A stretch of 64,000 bases of DNA, from positions 1,344,001 through 1,408,000 of the forward strand of contig CAVTBR010000001.1 of the NCBI GenBank assembly GCA_963733055.1. The letters are read 5' to 3'. A program made the translations under genes and the position numbers. The notes under the pieces were generated by a model, which was not told the DNA's origin, made no database searches, and worked only from the letters and a program-made list of their open reading frames with translations. Source of the DNA: Candidatus Bathyarchaeota archaeon. Its GTDB lineage: Archaea; Thermoproteota; Bathyarchaeia; 40CM-2-53-6. Shown here in pieces: positions 8,826-18,148 of this stretch. Position 1 is the stretch's first letter; the number at the start of each line of letters is the position of its first letter.

Positions 8826-8985
8826 GGGCCCGTAGCTCAGTCAGGTAGAGCATCGGTGACGCCGTGTGGCGTTGGTGAGGCTTTTACCTCTGGGCGATTC
8901 GAACCCATGGGAAGCCACCCGAAAAGCTCGGCTTAGAAGCCTTCTTGGGGAAGGGTCCCGGGTTCAAATCCCGGCGGGCCCGCCA
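8826..8985 (+). tRNA. tRNA-Lys(TTT) with three BHB introns (8857-8879, 8887-8916, 8923-8952), encoded CCA
   Basis: Exons join to 77 nt: GGGCCCG TA GCTC AGTCAGGTA GAGC A TCGGG CTTTTAA CCCGA GGGTC CCGGG TTCAAAT CCCGG CGGGCCC G CCA. Confidence 0.92.
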
Positions 8986-9132
8986 CGACCGTGTCGCTGA
9001 ACCGGACCCACGGCGTGAAGCTGAAACTAAAGTTAGCCTCTCTACTCCGCTCTGAGCAACAGGCGACAGTAGGTGTCGGACCATTGTTACAAAGTGTAAG
9101 GCTAAGATTCGTTGAAACGAGAAGCGGATAGT

Positions 9133-9297
9133 CTAGAGGTCTTCAGGCCTCAGGGTCTTCCTGCCATTTGCTTTCGCTCTGGCTACTGCTTTTGCCAATT
9201 CATCGGCAAGATGTTTGTCCAATGCTTTGAAGAAATCTCCAGAAGCCCTCATACCTTTCAATCGACTTCGTACTGCTGATTTTACGACTAATGCCAT
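9133..9297 (-). CDS. 54-aa minimal histone-fold protein MALVVKSAVRSRLKGMRASGDFFKALDKHLADELAKAVARAKANGRKTLRPEDL
   Basis: Histone L2 signature RAKANGRKTLRPEDL (RKT..xD); GGAG SD, TTTATA box upstream; not in the ORF track. Confidence 0.85.
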   Translation of the reverse strand: MALVVKSAVRSRLKGMRASGDFFKALDKHLADELAKAVARAKANGRKTLRPEDL

Positions 9298-9436
9298 TTC
9301 ATCTTACTCCTTATCTTATGAAAATGAGGAGAAAGACGCTGTATAAAGGCGATTTGGACAGTTCCACATTACAACTGGCCCTGGCGTAAGAGATTGCTTT
9401 ATTCTAAGTAATTAGTGGTGTAAAGAGGGACAGGGC

Positions 9437-9820
9437 ATGATCTTCAACGAGGAAGCAGTCGAAATAATTGAAGGAAAGAATTTTGCATACCTGGCTACGT
9501 CGATGCCTGATGGCTCTCCGCACGTATCCCCAGTATGGATTGATCGCGATGGAGACACGCTTTTGGTAAACACTGTTCCTGGAAGGATTAAACAGAAGAA
9601 TATTTCAAGAGACCCAAGAGTGGCAATCAGCATGACCCAAGAAAAAAACCCCTACAGACATCTGTTCATAAGAGGAAAAGTCATCGAACAAACGAAGCAA
9701 GGAGCCTTAGACCACATTAATCGCTTGGCCAGAAAATACCTCGGCAAAGACTACCCGTGGAACGATAGAAACAGAATCATACTCAAAATCGAGTCAAAAT
9801 CCGTAACCATCGTTTCATGA
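9437..9820 (+). CDS. PPOX-class F420-dependent oxidoreductase (split-barrel)
   Basis: LATSMPDGSPHVSPVW, KQKNISRDPRV. Confidence 0.85.
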   Translation: MIFNEEAVEIIEGKNFAYLATSMPDGSPHVSPVWIDRDGDTLLVNTVPGRIKQKNISRDPRVAISMTQEKNPYRHLFIRGKVIEQTKQGALDHINRLARKYLGKDYPWNDRNRIILKIESKSVTIVS

Positions 9821-9892
9821 CCAACCCCGCCTCCATCTCTGGCCGTAAATCAAAACGAACCCTTATCCTCACCCCTAAGGAAGGATGCCTAA

Positions 9893-10864
9893 ATGAAAGC
9901 TGTCGTGTACACAAGCTACGGGTCTCCGGATGTTCTTCAGCTCAAGGAGATAGAGAAACCGACATCCAAGGACGATGAAGTACTGGTCAAAGTTCACGCG
10001 GCGTCCGTGAACGCAGCTGACCTGCATTTCCTGAGAGGTAAGCCGTTCTTGATACGGCTAATGGGCTTTGGGCTTCTAAGACCAAAAGGCAAGATACTCG
10101 GATCTGACATTGCGGGGCGAGTTGAAGCGGTTGGCAGAAACGTAAAACAGTTTCAGCCGGGTGATGAGGTGTTCGGGGACTTGTTCGAGTGTGGTAGGGG
10201 AGGCTTCGCCGAGTACGTATGTGCCCGTGAAAATGCGTTGGCATTGAAACCGACGAACATATCGTTCGAGGAAGCGGCGGCTGTACCTATGGCGGCAGTC
10301 ACCGCCCTGCATGGTCTTCGCGATAAAGGGCAGATTCAGCAGGGGCAGAAGGTTTTGATTAATGGCGCTTCTGGCGGTGTTGGTACGTTTGCGGTGCAGA
10401 TCGCCAAATCGTTCGGGGCTGAAGTGACTGGTGTGTGCAGCACGAGGAATTTGGACATGGTGCGTTCGTTCGGCGCGGACCAGGTGATTGATTACAGCAG
10501 GGAAGATTTCACAAAGAATGGGCAGCGTTATGACCTGATTCTTGCTGCTAACGGGTATCATTTGATTTTCGATTACCAGCGTGCGTTAAGTCCCAAGGGA
10601 ACTTATGTCGCGACCGGAGGTTCGATGCCTCAACTGTTCCAAGCAATGCTCCTGGGACCGTGTATTTCAATGACCGGGAGTAAGAAAATGGGCAACCTGA
10701 TTTCGAAACCAAACCAGAAAGATTTGATTTTCATGAAAGGGCTTCTTGAAACCGGCAAAGTAAAACCCGTTATAGAAAGACGTTACAAGTTAAGTGAGGC
10801 TGCTGAAGCTCTCCGGTATCTCGAAGAAGGACACGCCCAAGGAAAAGTCGTCATCACTATGTGA
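9893..10864 (+). CDS. MDR-family NAD(P)-dependent oxidoreductase (quinone-reductase/ADH-like)
   Basis: VKVHAASVN, INGASGGVG, GHAQGKVVI. Confidence 0.88.
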   Translation: MKAVVYTSYGSPDVLQLKEIEKPTSKDDEVLVKVHAASVNAADLHFLRGKPFLIRLMGFGLLRPKGKILGSDIAGRVEAVGRNVKQFQPGDEVFGDLFECGRGGFAEYVCARENALALKPTNISFEEAAAVPMAAVTALHGLRDKGQIQQGQKVLINGASGGVGTFAVQIAKSFGAEVTGVCSTRNLDMVRSFGADQVIDYSREDFTKNGQRYDLILAANGYHLIFDYQRALSPKGTYVATGGSMPQLFQAMLLGPCISMTGSKKMGNLISKPNQKDLIFMKGLLETGKVKPVIERRYKLSEAAEALRYLEEGHAQGKVVITM

Positions 10865-10983
10865 GTCGTTTCCGGGTATGTCCTGCTAGATAATTTATTA
10901 TGAAAAGCGGCACACGTGCGGTACTTCGGCAAAACGTGGCAAGGTATCTGTTCGAATCTCTAGGTTTATCGTAACCGGCTTCC

Positions 10984-11739
10984 ATGCAACCGCGACCAAC
11001 ATTGCTCAAGCCAGCCGTCATTGTCGCAGTTCTCCTCATAGCCAGCCTCGTGGTCGGCTGGACCTTAGTAGAACCCATTTTCGACCATCGTTCGAACCAA
11101 ATAACGGTGGCAGGGAGCCTGTTGCCAGGAGTTGAGGCTGGTTGCGTACTCCTTCAAACCGACGATGGGACACAGTACCTACTAACTGGTTCAACCAACT
11201 ACCCTCTCTTCGGCACGAGAGTTTCTGTGACGGGTTACTTTGAGAACGATGTAGCGAGTTACTGTATGCAGGGTAAAGAAACGATCCACGTTCTCTCGAT
11301 TTCCACACTATCGCCAACCACGATGCCTTCCATCAGTTATGGCACGGGAACGCAGTCAAGCGTAACCGTAATCAGCGTTTCCACGCAACAGTCAACAACG
11401 ATTAGCGGCGTACCAACCACGGTCGCTGGGTACATTTACACCGTCGTGGAAAATCCGCAGTGCTACCCGCAATGTGGCGCCCCTTCATTCCTTCTCACCT
11501 ATCTTTACGTTCCACCCGGAACCGGGTGCACGGGCGGTATGGGGTGTTACCCTGCTCCAGAATACTATAAGCTCCTAAACAGTGACGGCAGGCCATTCGT
11601 GCCAATCGCCCCGAACGGGACCCGCGTCAGCCGACTAACGGGCCTCCTGGTCACGCCGTCATCTTGGACCTGCGGAGCGTTCTACGTTCCCAAAATCTGT
11701 ATGCTCGGCGACATATACGTCCAAAGCCTACAGTACTAG
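10984..11739 (+). CDS. Secreted/membrane-anchored Cys-rich hypothetical protein
   Basis: N-terminal TM, Ser/Thr linker, two Cys-containing beta domains. Confidence 0.55.
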   Translation: MQPRPTLLKPAVIVAVLLIASLVVGWTLVEPIFDHRSNQITVAGSLLPGVEAGCVLLQTDDGTQYLLTGSTNYPLFGTRVSVTGYFENDVASYCMQGKETIHVLSISTLSPTTMPSISYGTGTQSSVTVISVSTQQSTTISGVPTTVAGYIYTVVENPQCYPQCGAPSFLLTYLYVPPGTGCTGGMGCYPAPEYYKLLNSDGRPFVPIAPNGTRVSRLTGLLVTPSSWTCGAFYVPKICMLGDIYVQSLQY

Positions 11740-11874
11740 TGATTCATAGGGACACTCTCGTCTGTAGCTCTCACTCTATTTGCGGGTCTTTCCACTCCGA
11801 GTATGTTCTATAGAATATGGGCGGTAAATGCCGCAGGCTTAAGAGAACTCGCAACCTCATCCTCGCGTTTAACA

Positions 11875-12222
11875 TTGCACTATCTCGTGGTTGACTACAG
11901 CAAATGCGACGGGGACGGAGCATGCATCAACAGTTGCCCCGGTTCAGTCTTTGAGCACTCAAAGAACGGGGGGTGGTGCAAGCCAATGGACGGTTTTGTG
12001 AAGAACACCCCAGCGCTCGAAAGCTTCCATGAACGTGTTATGTCGTCTCCCAAGCCAGTCAACCTCACGATCAGGTACCACGTACCCGAATGCTTCCTTT
12101 GCTGGCAGTGCATCGGCGCCTGCCCAAGGCAAGCTATCGATGTGGAATACGACGACCTCGACGTTCGAGAATACATCCTGCCAGTAACGACCAAGGATCC
12201 ATGTCTGGTGGTGTCACCTTGA
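11875..12222 (+). CDS. Dicluster ferredoxin-like protein
   Basis: CDGDGACINSCP and CFLCWQCIGACP; probable TTG start; stop overlaps next start. Confidence 0.75.
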   Translation: MHYLVVDYSKCDGDGACINSCPGSVFEHSKNGGWCKPMDGFVKNTPALESFHERVMSSPKPVNLTIRYHVPECFLCWQCIGACPRQAIDVEYDDLDVREYILPVTTKDPCLVVSP

Positions 12223-13823
12223 CGGATACTAGGATCTCACAACACCCAGTACTCAAGTTCGACCGCGGAAACAAAGTTACATTCTCCTTTGAAGGCAAAC
12301 CAATAGAAGCGTATGCCAATGAAACTGTGGCCGCTGCACTTTACGCAAAAGGATTGCGAATCTTCAGCCGCAGCATGAAATACCATCGCCCAAGAGGATT
12401 CTTCTGCGCCATCGGACGCTGCTCAGCGTGCATGATGACGATCGACGGCGTCCCGAACGTTCGTACGTGCATGGTCAACGTGAAGGAGGGCATGAAAATC
12501 TCGCGCCAGAACGGTTTCCCAAACGCCGACCACGACCTCCTATCCTTGATGGACAAGATGGGTTTCTACTTCTCATTGGCGTCGGGGTTCTACCACCGAA
12601 AAATGATCCACCCCTCCTTCCTAAGAGAAACCTACCTCAGAATCCTAACGAGGTTCGTTGGACTAGGCCACCTACCATCCAAAGGCTCGGTCGGGAAACC
12701 TGAGAACTCAAAGGTTTCAGTGAACGCGGATGTTGTCGTAATCGGAGGAGGCCCCGCCGGCCTAACGGCCACACTTGAGGCGGCTAAGAGGTGCGGAAAA
12801 GTCGTCCTTATTGACGATAAGAGAATGCTCGGCGGACAACTGGTCAAGCAGACTCATCGGTTCTTCGGAGACGCACGACACTACGCAGGCGTCAGAGGGA
12901 TACGGATAGCCGGGAAGTTGACGGAACGGATCCGCGGAGACCAGAAGATCACAACCTACCTCGGCTGCGACGTATTCGGCATTTACACTGGCCACGTTGT
13001 GGCGGCTGCGCAGGAAAACCGATTACTGAAGATTCACGCCAAGAAGATCATCATAGCTACTGGCGCGTATGAGAGAACACTGCTCTTCGAGAACAACGAT
13101 TTGCCGGGAGTATACGGAGCCGGCGGGGTTCAAACCCTGATGAATACTTACTCCGTCAAACCAGGCGAGAAAGCGCTTGTTGTCGGTGCGGGAAACGTCG
13201 GTCTCATCCTATCCTATCAACTGCTACAAGCGGGAGTAAACGTCGTTGCGATCGTAGAGGCCCTTCCCAAAATCGGCGGGTACCTAGTTCACGCATCCAA
13301 AGTCCGACGTCAAGGAGTTGAGATCCTCACCTCGCACACAGTCGTGAAAGCGATTGGACGGAAAAAAGTTCAGGGAGCAATGATCGCCCGGATTGACAAA
13401 TCATTCAACCCAATTCCTGGAACCGAACGGAAGATCGATTGCGACATCATCTGCATAGCAGTCGGCCTCACGCCCACCTACGAGCTCGCCTCCCACGCAG
13501 GCGCGCAGCTACAACTTGTTCCGGAACTTGGAGGGTTCGTGGCGCGCAGGACGAAGTACATGGAAGTGTCTGATGGAGTCTACGTGGCGGGTGACGTTTC
13601 GGGGATCGAGGAAGCCACCACCGCTATGCTCGAAGGACAGATCGTCGGGGTACACGCATCTCTCACAGCCGGACTCGGACTTCCGGGAGATGAGGAACAG
13701 TTGGAGGCCTGGATCAAGAGGTTGGATGATGATCGGTCGGGCCCATTCGGCGAGAAGATTCGCAAAGGATTAGAGAACATCAAGCTACCAGAGGTTATGA
13801 AAATTGGAGAAGCAGTACCTTAA
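12219..13823 (+). CDS. Dye-linked L-proline dehydrogenase / sarcosine oxidase alpha-like subunit (2Fe-2S + FAD/NAD domains)
   Basis: SRSMKYHRPRGFFCAIGRCSAC, GGGPAG, ATGAYER, GAGNVG; TTG 12219 in frame with the track ORF. Confidence 0.85.
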   Translation: MTDTRISQHPVLKFDRGNKVTFSFEGKPIEAYANETVAAALYAKGLRIFSRSMKYHRPRGFFCAIGRCSACMMTIDGVPNVRTCMVNVKEGMKISRQNGFPNADHDLLSLMDKMGFYFSLASGFYHRKMIHPSFLRETYLRILTRFVGLGHLPSKGSVGKPENSKVSVNADVVVIGGGPAGLTATLEAAKRCGKVVLIDDKRMLGGQLVKQTHRFFGDARHYAGVRGIRIAGKLTERIRGDQKITTYLGCDVFGIYTGHVVAAAQENRLLKIHAKKIIIATGAYERTLLFENNDLPGVYGAGGVQTLMNTYSVKPGEKALVVGAGNVGLILSYQLLQAGVNVVAIVEALPKIGGYLVHASKVRRQGVEILTSHTVVKAIGRKKVQGAMIARIDKSFNPIPGTERKIDCDIICIAVGLTPTYELASHAGAQLQLVPELGGFVARRTKYMEVSDGVYVAGDVSGIEEATTAMLEGQIVGVHASLTAGLGLPGDEEQLEAWIKRLDDDRSGPFGEKIRKGLENIKLPEVMKIGEAVP

Positions 13824-14301
13824 CGACGGCATCGTTGGGCTAGACGATCTAGCCACTTTCAACTTAGTACCTCCCACTGAACGGCTGAGGGAGAAGAGGC
13901 CAGTAGCAATGATCGAGTGCATTCAGGAAATTCCATGCAATTCCTGTGTCATGGCATGCAAGCTTGGCGCTATACAAATGGCGAAGATCAACGACATTCC
14001 ACGAGTCGATTACAACAAATGCACAGGATGCATGGCCTGCGCGATGGTATGCCCCGGCCTCGCCGCATTTCTCCTGAGGGAGGGGGATGGCGTTGGGCAG
14101 GTTACCTTGCCCTACGAATTTCTACCGGTCCCGAAAACCGGAGACCAAGTCACGGCTCTGAACAGAAAAGGGACAGTTCTCGGGCCGAGTAAGGTGGCAC
14201 GAGTACTTCCACCCGAACGCAACGACGGGACGGCGTTGGTCACGATTGAGGTTCCAAATGAATGGGTCCTTGAGGCTAGGGCGATTAGGGCAGGTGTGTA
14301 A
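13804..14301 (+). CDS. 4Fe-4S subunit of proline-dehydrogenase-like complex
   Basis: ECIQEIPCNSC, CTGCMACAMVCPG, LPYEFLP. Confidence 0.8.
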   Translation: MEKQYLNDGIVGLDDLATFNLVPPTERLREKRPVAMIECIQEIPCNSCVMACKLGAIQMAKINDIPRVDYNKCTGCMACAMVCPGLAAFLLREGDGVGQVTLPYEFLPVPKTGDQVTALNRKGTVLGPSKVARVLPPERNDGTALVTIEVPNEWVLEARAIRAGV

Positions 14302-14304
14302 GCG

Positions 14305-14574
14305 ATGGGAAAGAAGTTCGTTTGTTTCTGTGAAGACCTGACGGAGGAAGACGTGCTGGAAGCCATACACCTGGGCTACGATGACATTGAGAGCCTGAAG
14401 AGATACGCCGGATTCTCCACAGGCCCATGCCAAGGCAAAACATGCATGCTCCAAGTCCTTAGACTACTCGCTTCCCAGAAGCACTTGAAACCCTCCGACC
14501 AACACCTGACAACTCAAAGACCATTGCTCGACCCGATTCGGCTCGGTGTCTTAGCGGGGAGTGGTGGAAAGTGA
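14305..14574 (+). CDS. BFD-like (2Fe-2S) small subunit
   Basis: VCFCEDLT...LKRYAG..GPCQGKTC...RP. Confidence 0.82.
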   Translation: MGKKFVCFCEDLTEEDVLEAIHLGYDDIESLKRYAGFSTGPCQGKTCMLQVLRLLASQKHLKPSDQHLTTQRPLLDPIRLGVLAGSGGK

Positions 14575-15665
14575 AGGTCGTAGTCGTTGGCGCGGGAATA
14601 CTGGGCCTGAGTATTGCCTACAACCTCGCCAAACGCGGCGCCGACGCAACCGTCATCGAAAAGCAGTATCCAGGAAGTGGGCTGAGCGTAAGGGCGATTG
14701 GCGCGGTCCACTCACAATGGAAGAACGAGCCCGACATCAGACTTGCCAAGAAAAACCGGGAATTACTGAATCATCTCTCGGCCGAACTCAACTTCAACAT
14801 TCCATTCCGCCGTGACGGACACCTCATGGTTGCAACCGACAAAGAACAGCTTGGGGAACTTGAGTACGGCGCGAAGCTTCAACGCTCACTAGGCGTTGAC
14901 ACACGTGTTCTGACGGCTGAGGAGATTGGAAGTCATTACCCATTTCTGGACGTATCCTCTATCATTGGAGGTACTTTCTCGAAGGGGGACGGCCCCGTGC
15001 ACCCCTTCTCGATTGTGGACGGATTCTGGAACGGCCTTGAAAGGCACAAAGGCAGATTGACCAAGCCCACAACCGTAACTGCACTCCACGCCAAAGATCA
15101 CCGAATCTCTTCGGCTGAAACCAGCAATGGCCCGGTCGAGGCGGATGCCTATGTGGTTGCGGCTGGTACAGGGTCTCGGGAAATACTTCGAACCGTCGGA
15201 CTTGACGTTCCTACGGAACTCATGAAGCAAGAGATGCTTGCAACCGAACCCCTAAGATTCTTCCTAGGCCCCATGATCCAAGAATACCCTGACGGGATCT
15301 GTTTCACGCAAAGCCTTCGCGGAGAAATAGTCTGCGAACTCCCCACGACCTGGGAGGGCGTACGCAAGGACAATTCAACCACCCTCGAATTCCTAGAAAA
15401 GGTCGCGGCCGAACTCATCCGCTTCATGCCCGCCTTGCGGGACGTGAAAGTGCTTAGGCCTTGGGCGGGACTAGTCGAGACAACCCGCGACTCCGAACCT
15501 GTCGTGGGGAGACATGGCTATGATAATCTCTGGGTTGCCTTTGCAGATTCAGGCAAGGCTGTAATGTTCGCGCCTGTGATCGGGGAATTGATGGCTGAAC
15601 AGATCATGTCCGGGCGTACAAATGCTGATCTGGAAACCTATTCGCCAGACAGATTGCTTCACTAG
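14571..15665 (+). CDS. FAD-dependent oxidoreductase, sarcosine oxidase beta / proline dehydrogenase catalytic subunit
   Basis: VVGAGILG, RPWAG, operon context. Confidence 0.85.
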   Translation: MKVVVVGAGILGLSIAYNLAKRGADATVIEKQYPGSGLSVRAIGAVHSQWKNEPDIRLAKKNRELLNHLSAELNFNIPFRRDGHLMVATDKEQLGELEYGAKLQRSLGVDTRVLTAEEIGSHYPFLDVSSIIGGTFSKGDGPVHPFSIVDGFWNGLERHKGRLTKPTTVTALHAKDHRISSAETSNGPVEADAYVVAAGTGSREILRTVGLDVPTELMKQEMLATEPLRFFLGPMIQEYPDGICFTQSLRGEIVCELPTTWEGVRKDNSTTLEFLEKVAAELIRFMPALRDVKVLRPWAGLVETTRDSEPVVGRHGYDNLWVAFADSGKAVMFAPVIGELMAEQIMSGRTNADLETYSPDRLLH

Positions 15666-15735
15666 CTCCGTGTACTCCACCAACAAAACTTAGCTAACGA
15701 CCCTGAAGATGCACTCAACGGGCGAACCGAGGACT

Positions 15736-16263
15736 TTAGGCCCTCAGCCGCGTTTTCAATTTAGGCAACTTCCCTAATTGCTTGGTTCTCCACAGCTGGC
15801 ATACAAAGAGCAAGACATACAGGATCACTGACACTATCATCAGATCAAATACCGGTTTTGAGAGAAATATCGCAGCGCTGATTGAAGTGAGTGCAAAATA
15901 TGGAAAGGGCAGGACATAGTCAAAAACGACTGGTGCCCCAAATCTAAGATTGACATACGCCATGAACAATGAACCGAACACCCCCAAACCTAACCCAGCG
16001 TATACGCCTGAAAGATCTCCTCTGAGTTCAAGAAGAAGGGCGACTATTGTCATGAGGGTTAAGATCACAACCCATTTCCTTTCAGAATTTGGAAACCCCG
16101 TCGTGAGTTTCAACTCTGCCCAGAAAAAGTACCAAGCGATGAGACTGAGTGACGTGAACAAAACCAATAGTGAGAGAGGAGTTGGTAGGAAATATCCGAT
16201 GGCAAGGCCCAACAGGATGCTGACCGCCATGAAGGTCGGAGGCAACATGCAGTTACGAACCAA
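15736..16263 (-). CDS. Hypothetical multi-pass membrane protein
   Basis: About 6 hydrophobic segments. Confidence 0.5.
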   Translation of the reverse strand: MVRNCMLPPTFMAVSILLGLAIGYFLPTPLSLLVLFTSLSLIAWYFFWAELKLTTGFPNSERKWVVILTLMTIVALLLELRGDLSGVYAGLGLGVFGSLFMAYVNLRFGAPVVFDYVLPFPYFALTSISAAIFLSKPVFDLMIVSVILYVLLFVCQLWRTKQLGKLPKLKTRLRA

Positions 16264-16348
16264 TCAGTAACGCCTCGCTGGATAGCAATTATGGTTGTCA
16301 AGAATTCACCTTTAATCCATTCTCACTTAACTTCAAAAATGACCTCTA

Positions 16349-16876
16349 ATGGAGTTCGTTGAAGTTCTAACTCAGAGACGTTCCATCCGCGCCTACAAGT
16401 CTCAGACTGTTGAAGAAAGCAAGCTGAAACGTATCTTTGATGCGGTGAATCTTGCTCCTTCCGCAGGAAACCTGCAAGCATTTCAAGTTAAGGTGGTTCG
16501 AGATCAAGCTAAGATAACCGCTCTGGCCAAGGCGGCCTATGATCAAGGGTTCATAGTGCAGGCGCCCATCTGCTTGGTCTTCTGTGCGGACCCGGAACGC
16601 TCCGCAGAGCGATATGGTGAGAGAGGTTCGGAGCTTTACAGTGTGCAGGATGCGACGATTGCTGGGACATTCGCCATGCTGGCAGCGGTAGACCTCGGCT
16701 TGGCGACTGTCTGGGTTGGGGACTTTGACGAGGAGAGAGTGCAACAGATTTTGGGTCTTAAGTCGCTACGCCCCGTGGCTATGTTCTCGCTAGGGTACGC
16801 GGCTGAGCAGCCGCCGGCCGCGCCGAGAAGAGCTCTTGAGGAAATTTTTTCGGGAGACTTTCCACAAACCGACTAG
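16349..16876 (+). CDS. Nitroreductase family protein
   Basis: RRSIRAY, APSAGNLQ, GLATVWVG. Confidence 0.9.
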   Translation: MEFVEVLTQRRSIRAYKSQTVEESKLKRIFDAVNLAPSAGNLQAFQVKVVRDQAKITALAKAAYDQGFIVQAPICLVFCADPERSAERYGERGSELYSVQDATIAGTFAMLAAVDLGLATVWVGDFDEERVQQILGLKSLRPVAMFSLGYAAEQPPAAPRRALEEIFSGDFPQTD

Positions 16877-16999
16877 CGATCCTGCGACTTGAGGAATGTT
16901 GTGGCTGGGCGGAGAGGGTTCTAACATGTTGGGATAGCTTATTCGCGGCTGCCTCGTTCTGAATATACTCAGGTCGTTGATGTTCGTGGTGTTCTACCA

Positions 17000-17593
17000 A
17001 TGGATGAGATGCGTAATCCCCTGAGTGGCAAGATCAGAGAGAGTGGCATGCCCTCAGAGAAGATTTGGGGCGCCTTCTTCGATGTTGAAGAAATCTTGAA
17101 TCAAATGCAGATGAACTCTCAGGTGGTTGATGCGGCCGACTTCGCCTGTGGCTATGGTACATTCTCGATTCCAACCGCTCAACGAATAGCGGGAATACTC
17201 TACGCGGTAGACATCGACCCTGCGGAGACACATGCGGTTGAGGATAAATCACGTAGTTTGAAGTTGAGTAACGTGCGTACTATAGTCAGAGACCTATTGC
17301 GTGACGGTTCAGGCTTGGAGGACGTGAGTGTGGATTATGTGATGCTATTCAACATACTCCACTTCGAAGAACCTCTTGTTCTACTACGGGAAGCGTTTCG
17401 GGTTCTCAGGCAGAACGGACGAGTCGGCATTATCCACTGGATACGTAATGCTAACACACCTCGGGGTCCTCCGTTAGAAATGCGCCCCACAGCGAAACAA
17501 TGCAAAGACTGGTGCCGTCAGGTAGGCTTCGTGGGTTCAGCCGTGTCTATCGAACTACCCCCATATCACTTCGGGTTCATAATGAGCAAGTGA
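17000..17593 (+). CDS. Class I SAM-dependent methyltransferase
   Basis: ADFACGYG, AVDID, GPP motif. Confidence 0.8.
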   Translation: MDEMRNPLSGKIRESGMPSEKIWGAFFDVEEILNQMQMNSQVVDAADFACGYGTFSIPTAQRIAGILYAVDIDPAETHAVEDKSRSLKLSNVRTIVRDLLRDGSGLEDVSVDYVMLFNILHFEEPLVLLREAFRVLRQNGRVGIIHWIRNANTPRGPPLEMRPTAKQCKDWCRQVGFVGSAVSIELPPYHFGFIMSK

Positions 17594-17640
17594 GGCCTAG
17601 TCTCACGGAATTTTCTGATCTGCAAAAGAGGTTGGTATGG

Positions 17641-18120
17641 TCATCGCCAACGGCCGTAGGCCGGATGGCCTTCTTTAACGGCCACGAAGGTTCCCTTGAA
17701 CCTCGCTGTAATCTTCCCCGCGGCCTCAAGCGTAGTTTCGACAATGGCCTTGTTGTCTGACAATTCAACTACCTTAGACACAAAATGTAAGGTACTAGCA
17801 CTCGGGGTTGGGCTAAGGTGGCTAACACAGTACTCCGCGGTAACCGTTCCCGGCGCAGTTGCAAGACCTTTCCTCTTCATGAGGCTGTAGGCTGCCGCCC
17901 AATTGCTGTGGCAATCGAACAATACGCCGATGATTCCACCATTCACGTATCCTTCGAACGCCTCGTAGTACGCTTCAGGTTTCCAATCCGCAACTATTAC
18001 GCCATCCGCTACGTAGCTGCGAATATGCAGCCCACGGGGGTTCGCGGGACCGCATCCAAAGCACCGTCCATTGGGTGCATAGATCTCCTGAAGACTTCGC
18101 TCACTCCCTGACCTATTCAC
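17641..18120 (-). CDS. PaaI-family (hotdog) thioesterase
   Basis: CFGCGPANPRGL, NGGIIGVLFDCH; probable GTG start 18120. Confidence 0.82.
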   Translation of the reverse strand: MNRSGSERSLQEIYAPNGRCFGCGPANPRGLHIRSYVADGVIVADWKPEAYYEAFEGYVNGGIIGVLFDCHSNWAAAYSLMKRKGLATAPGTVTAEYCVSHLSPTPSASTLHFVSKVVELSDNKAIVETTLEAAGKITARFKGTFVAVKEGHPAYGRWR

Positions 18121-18148
18121 GATCGGAGACTTCCGTAGCTGCAAACGG

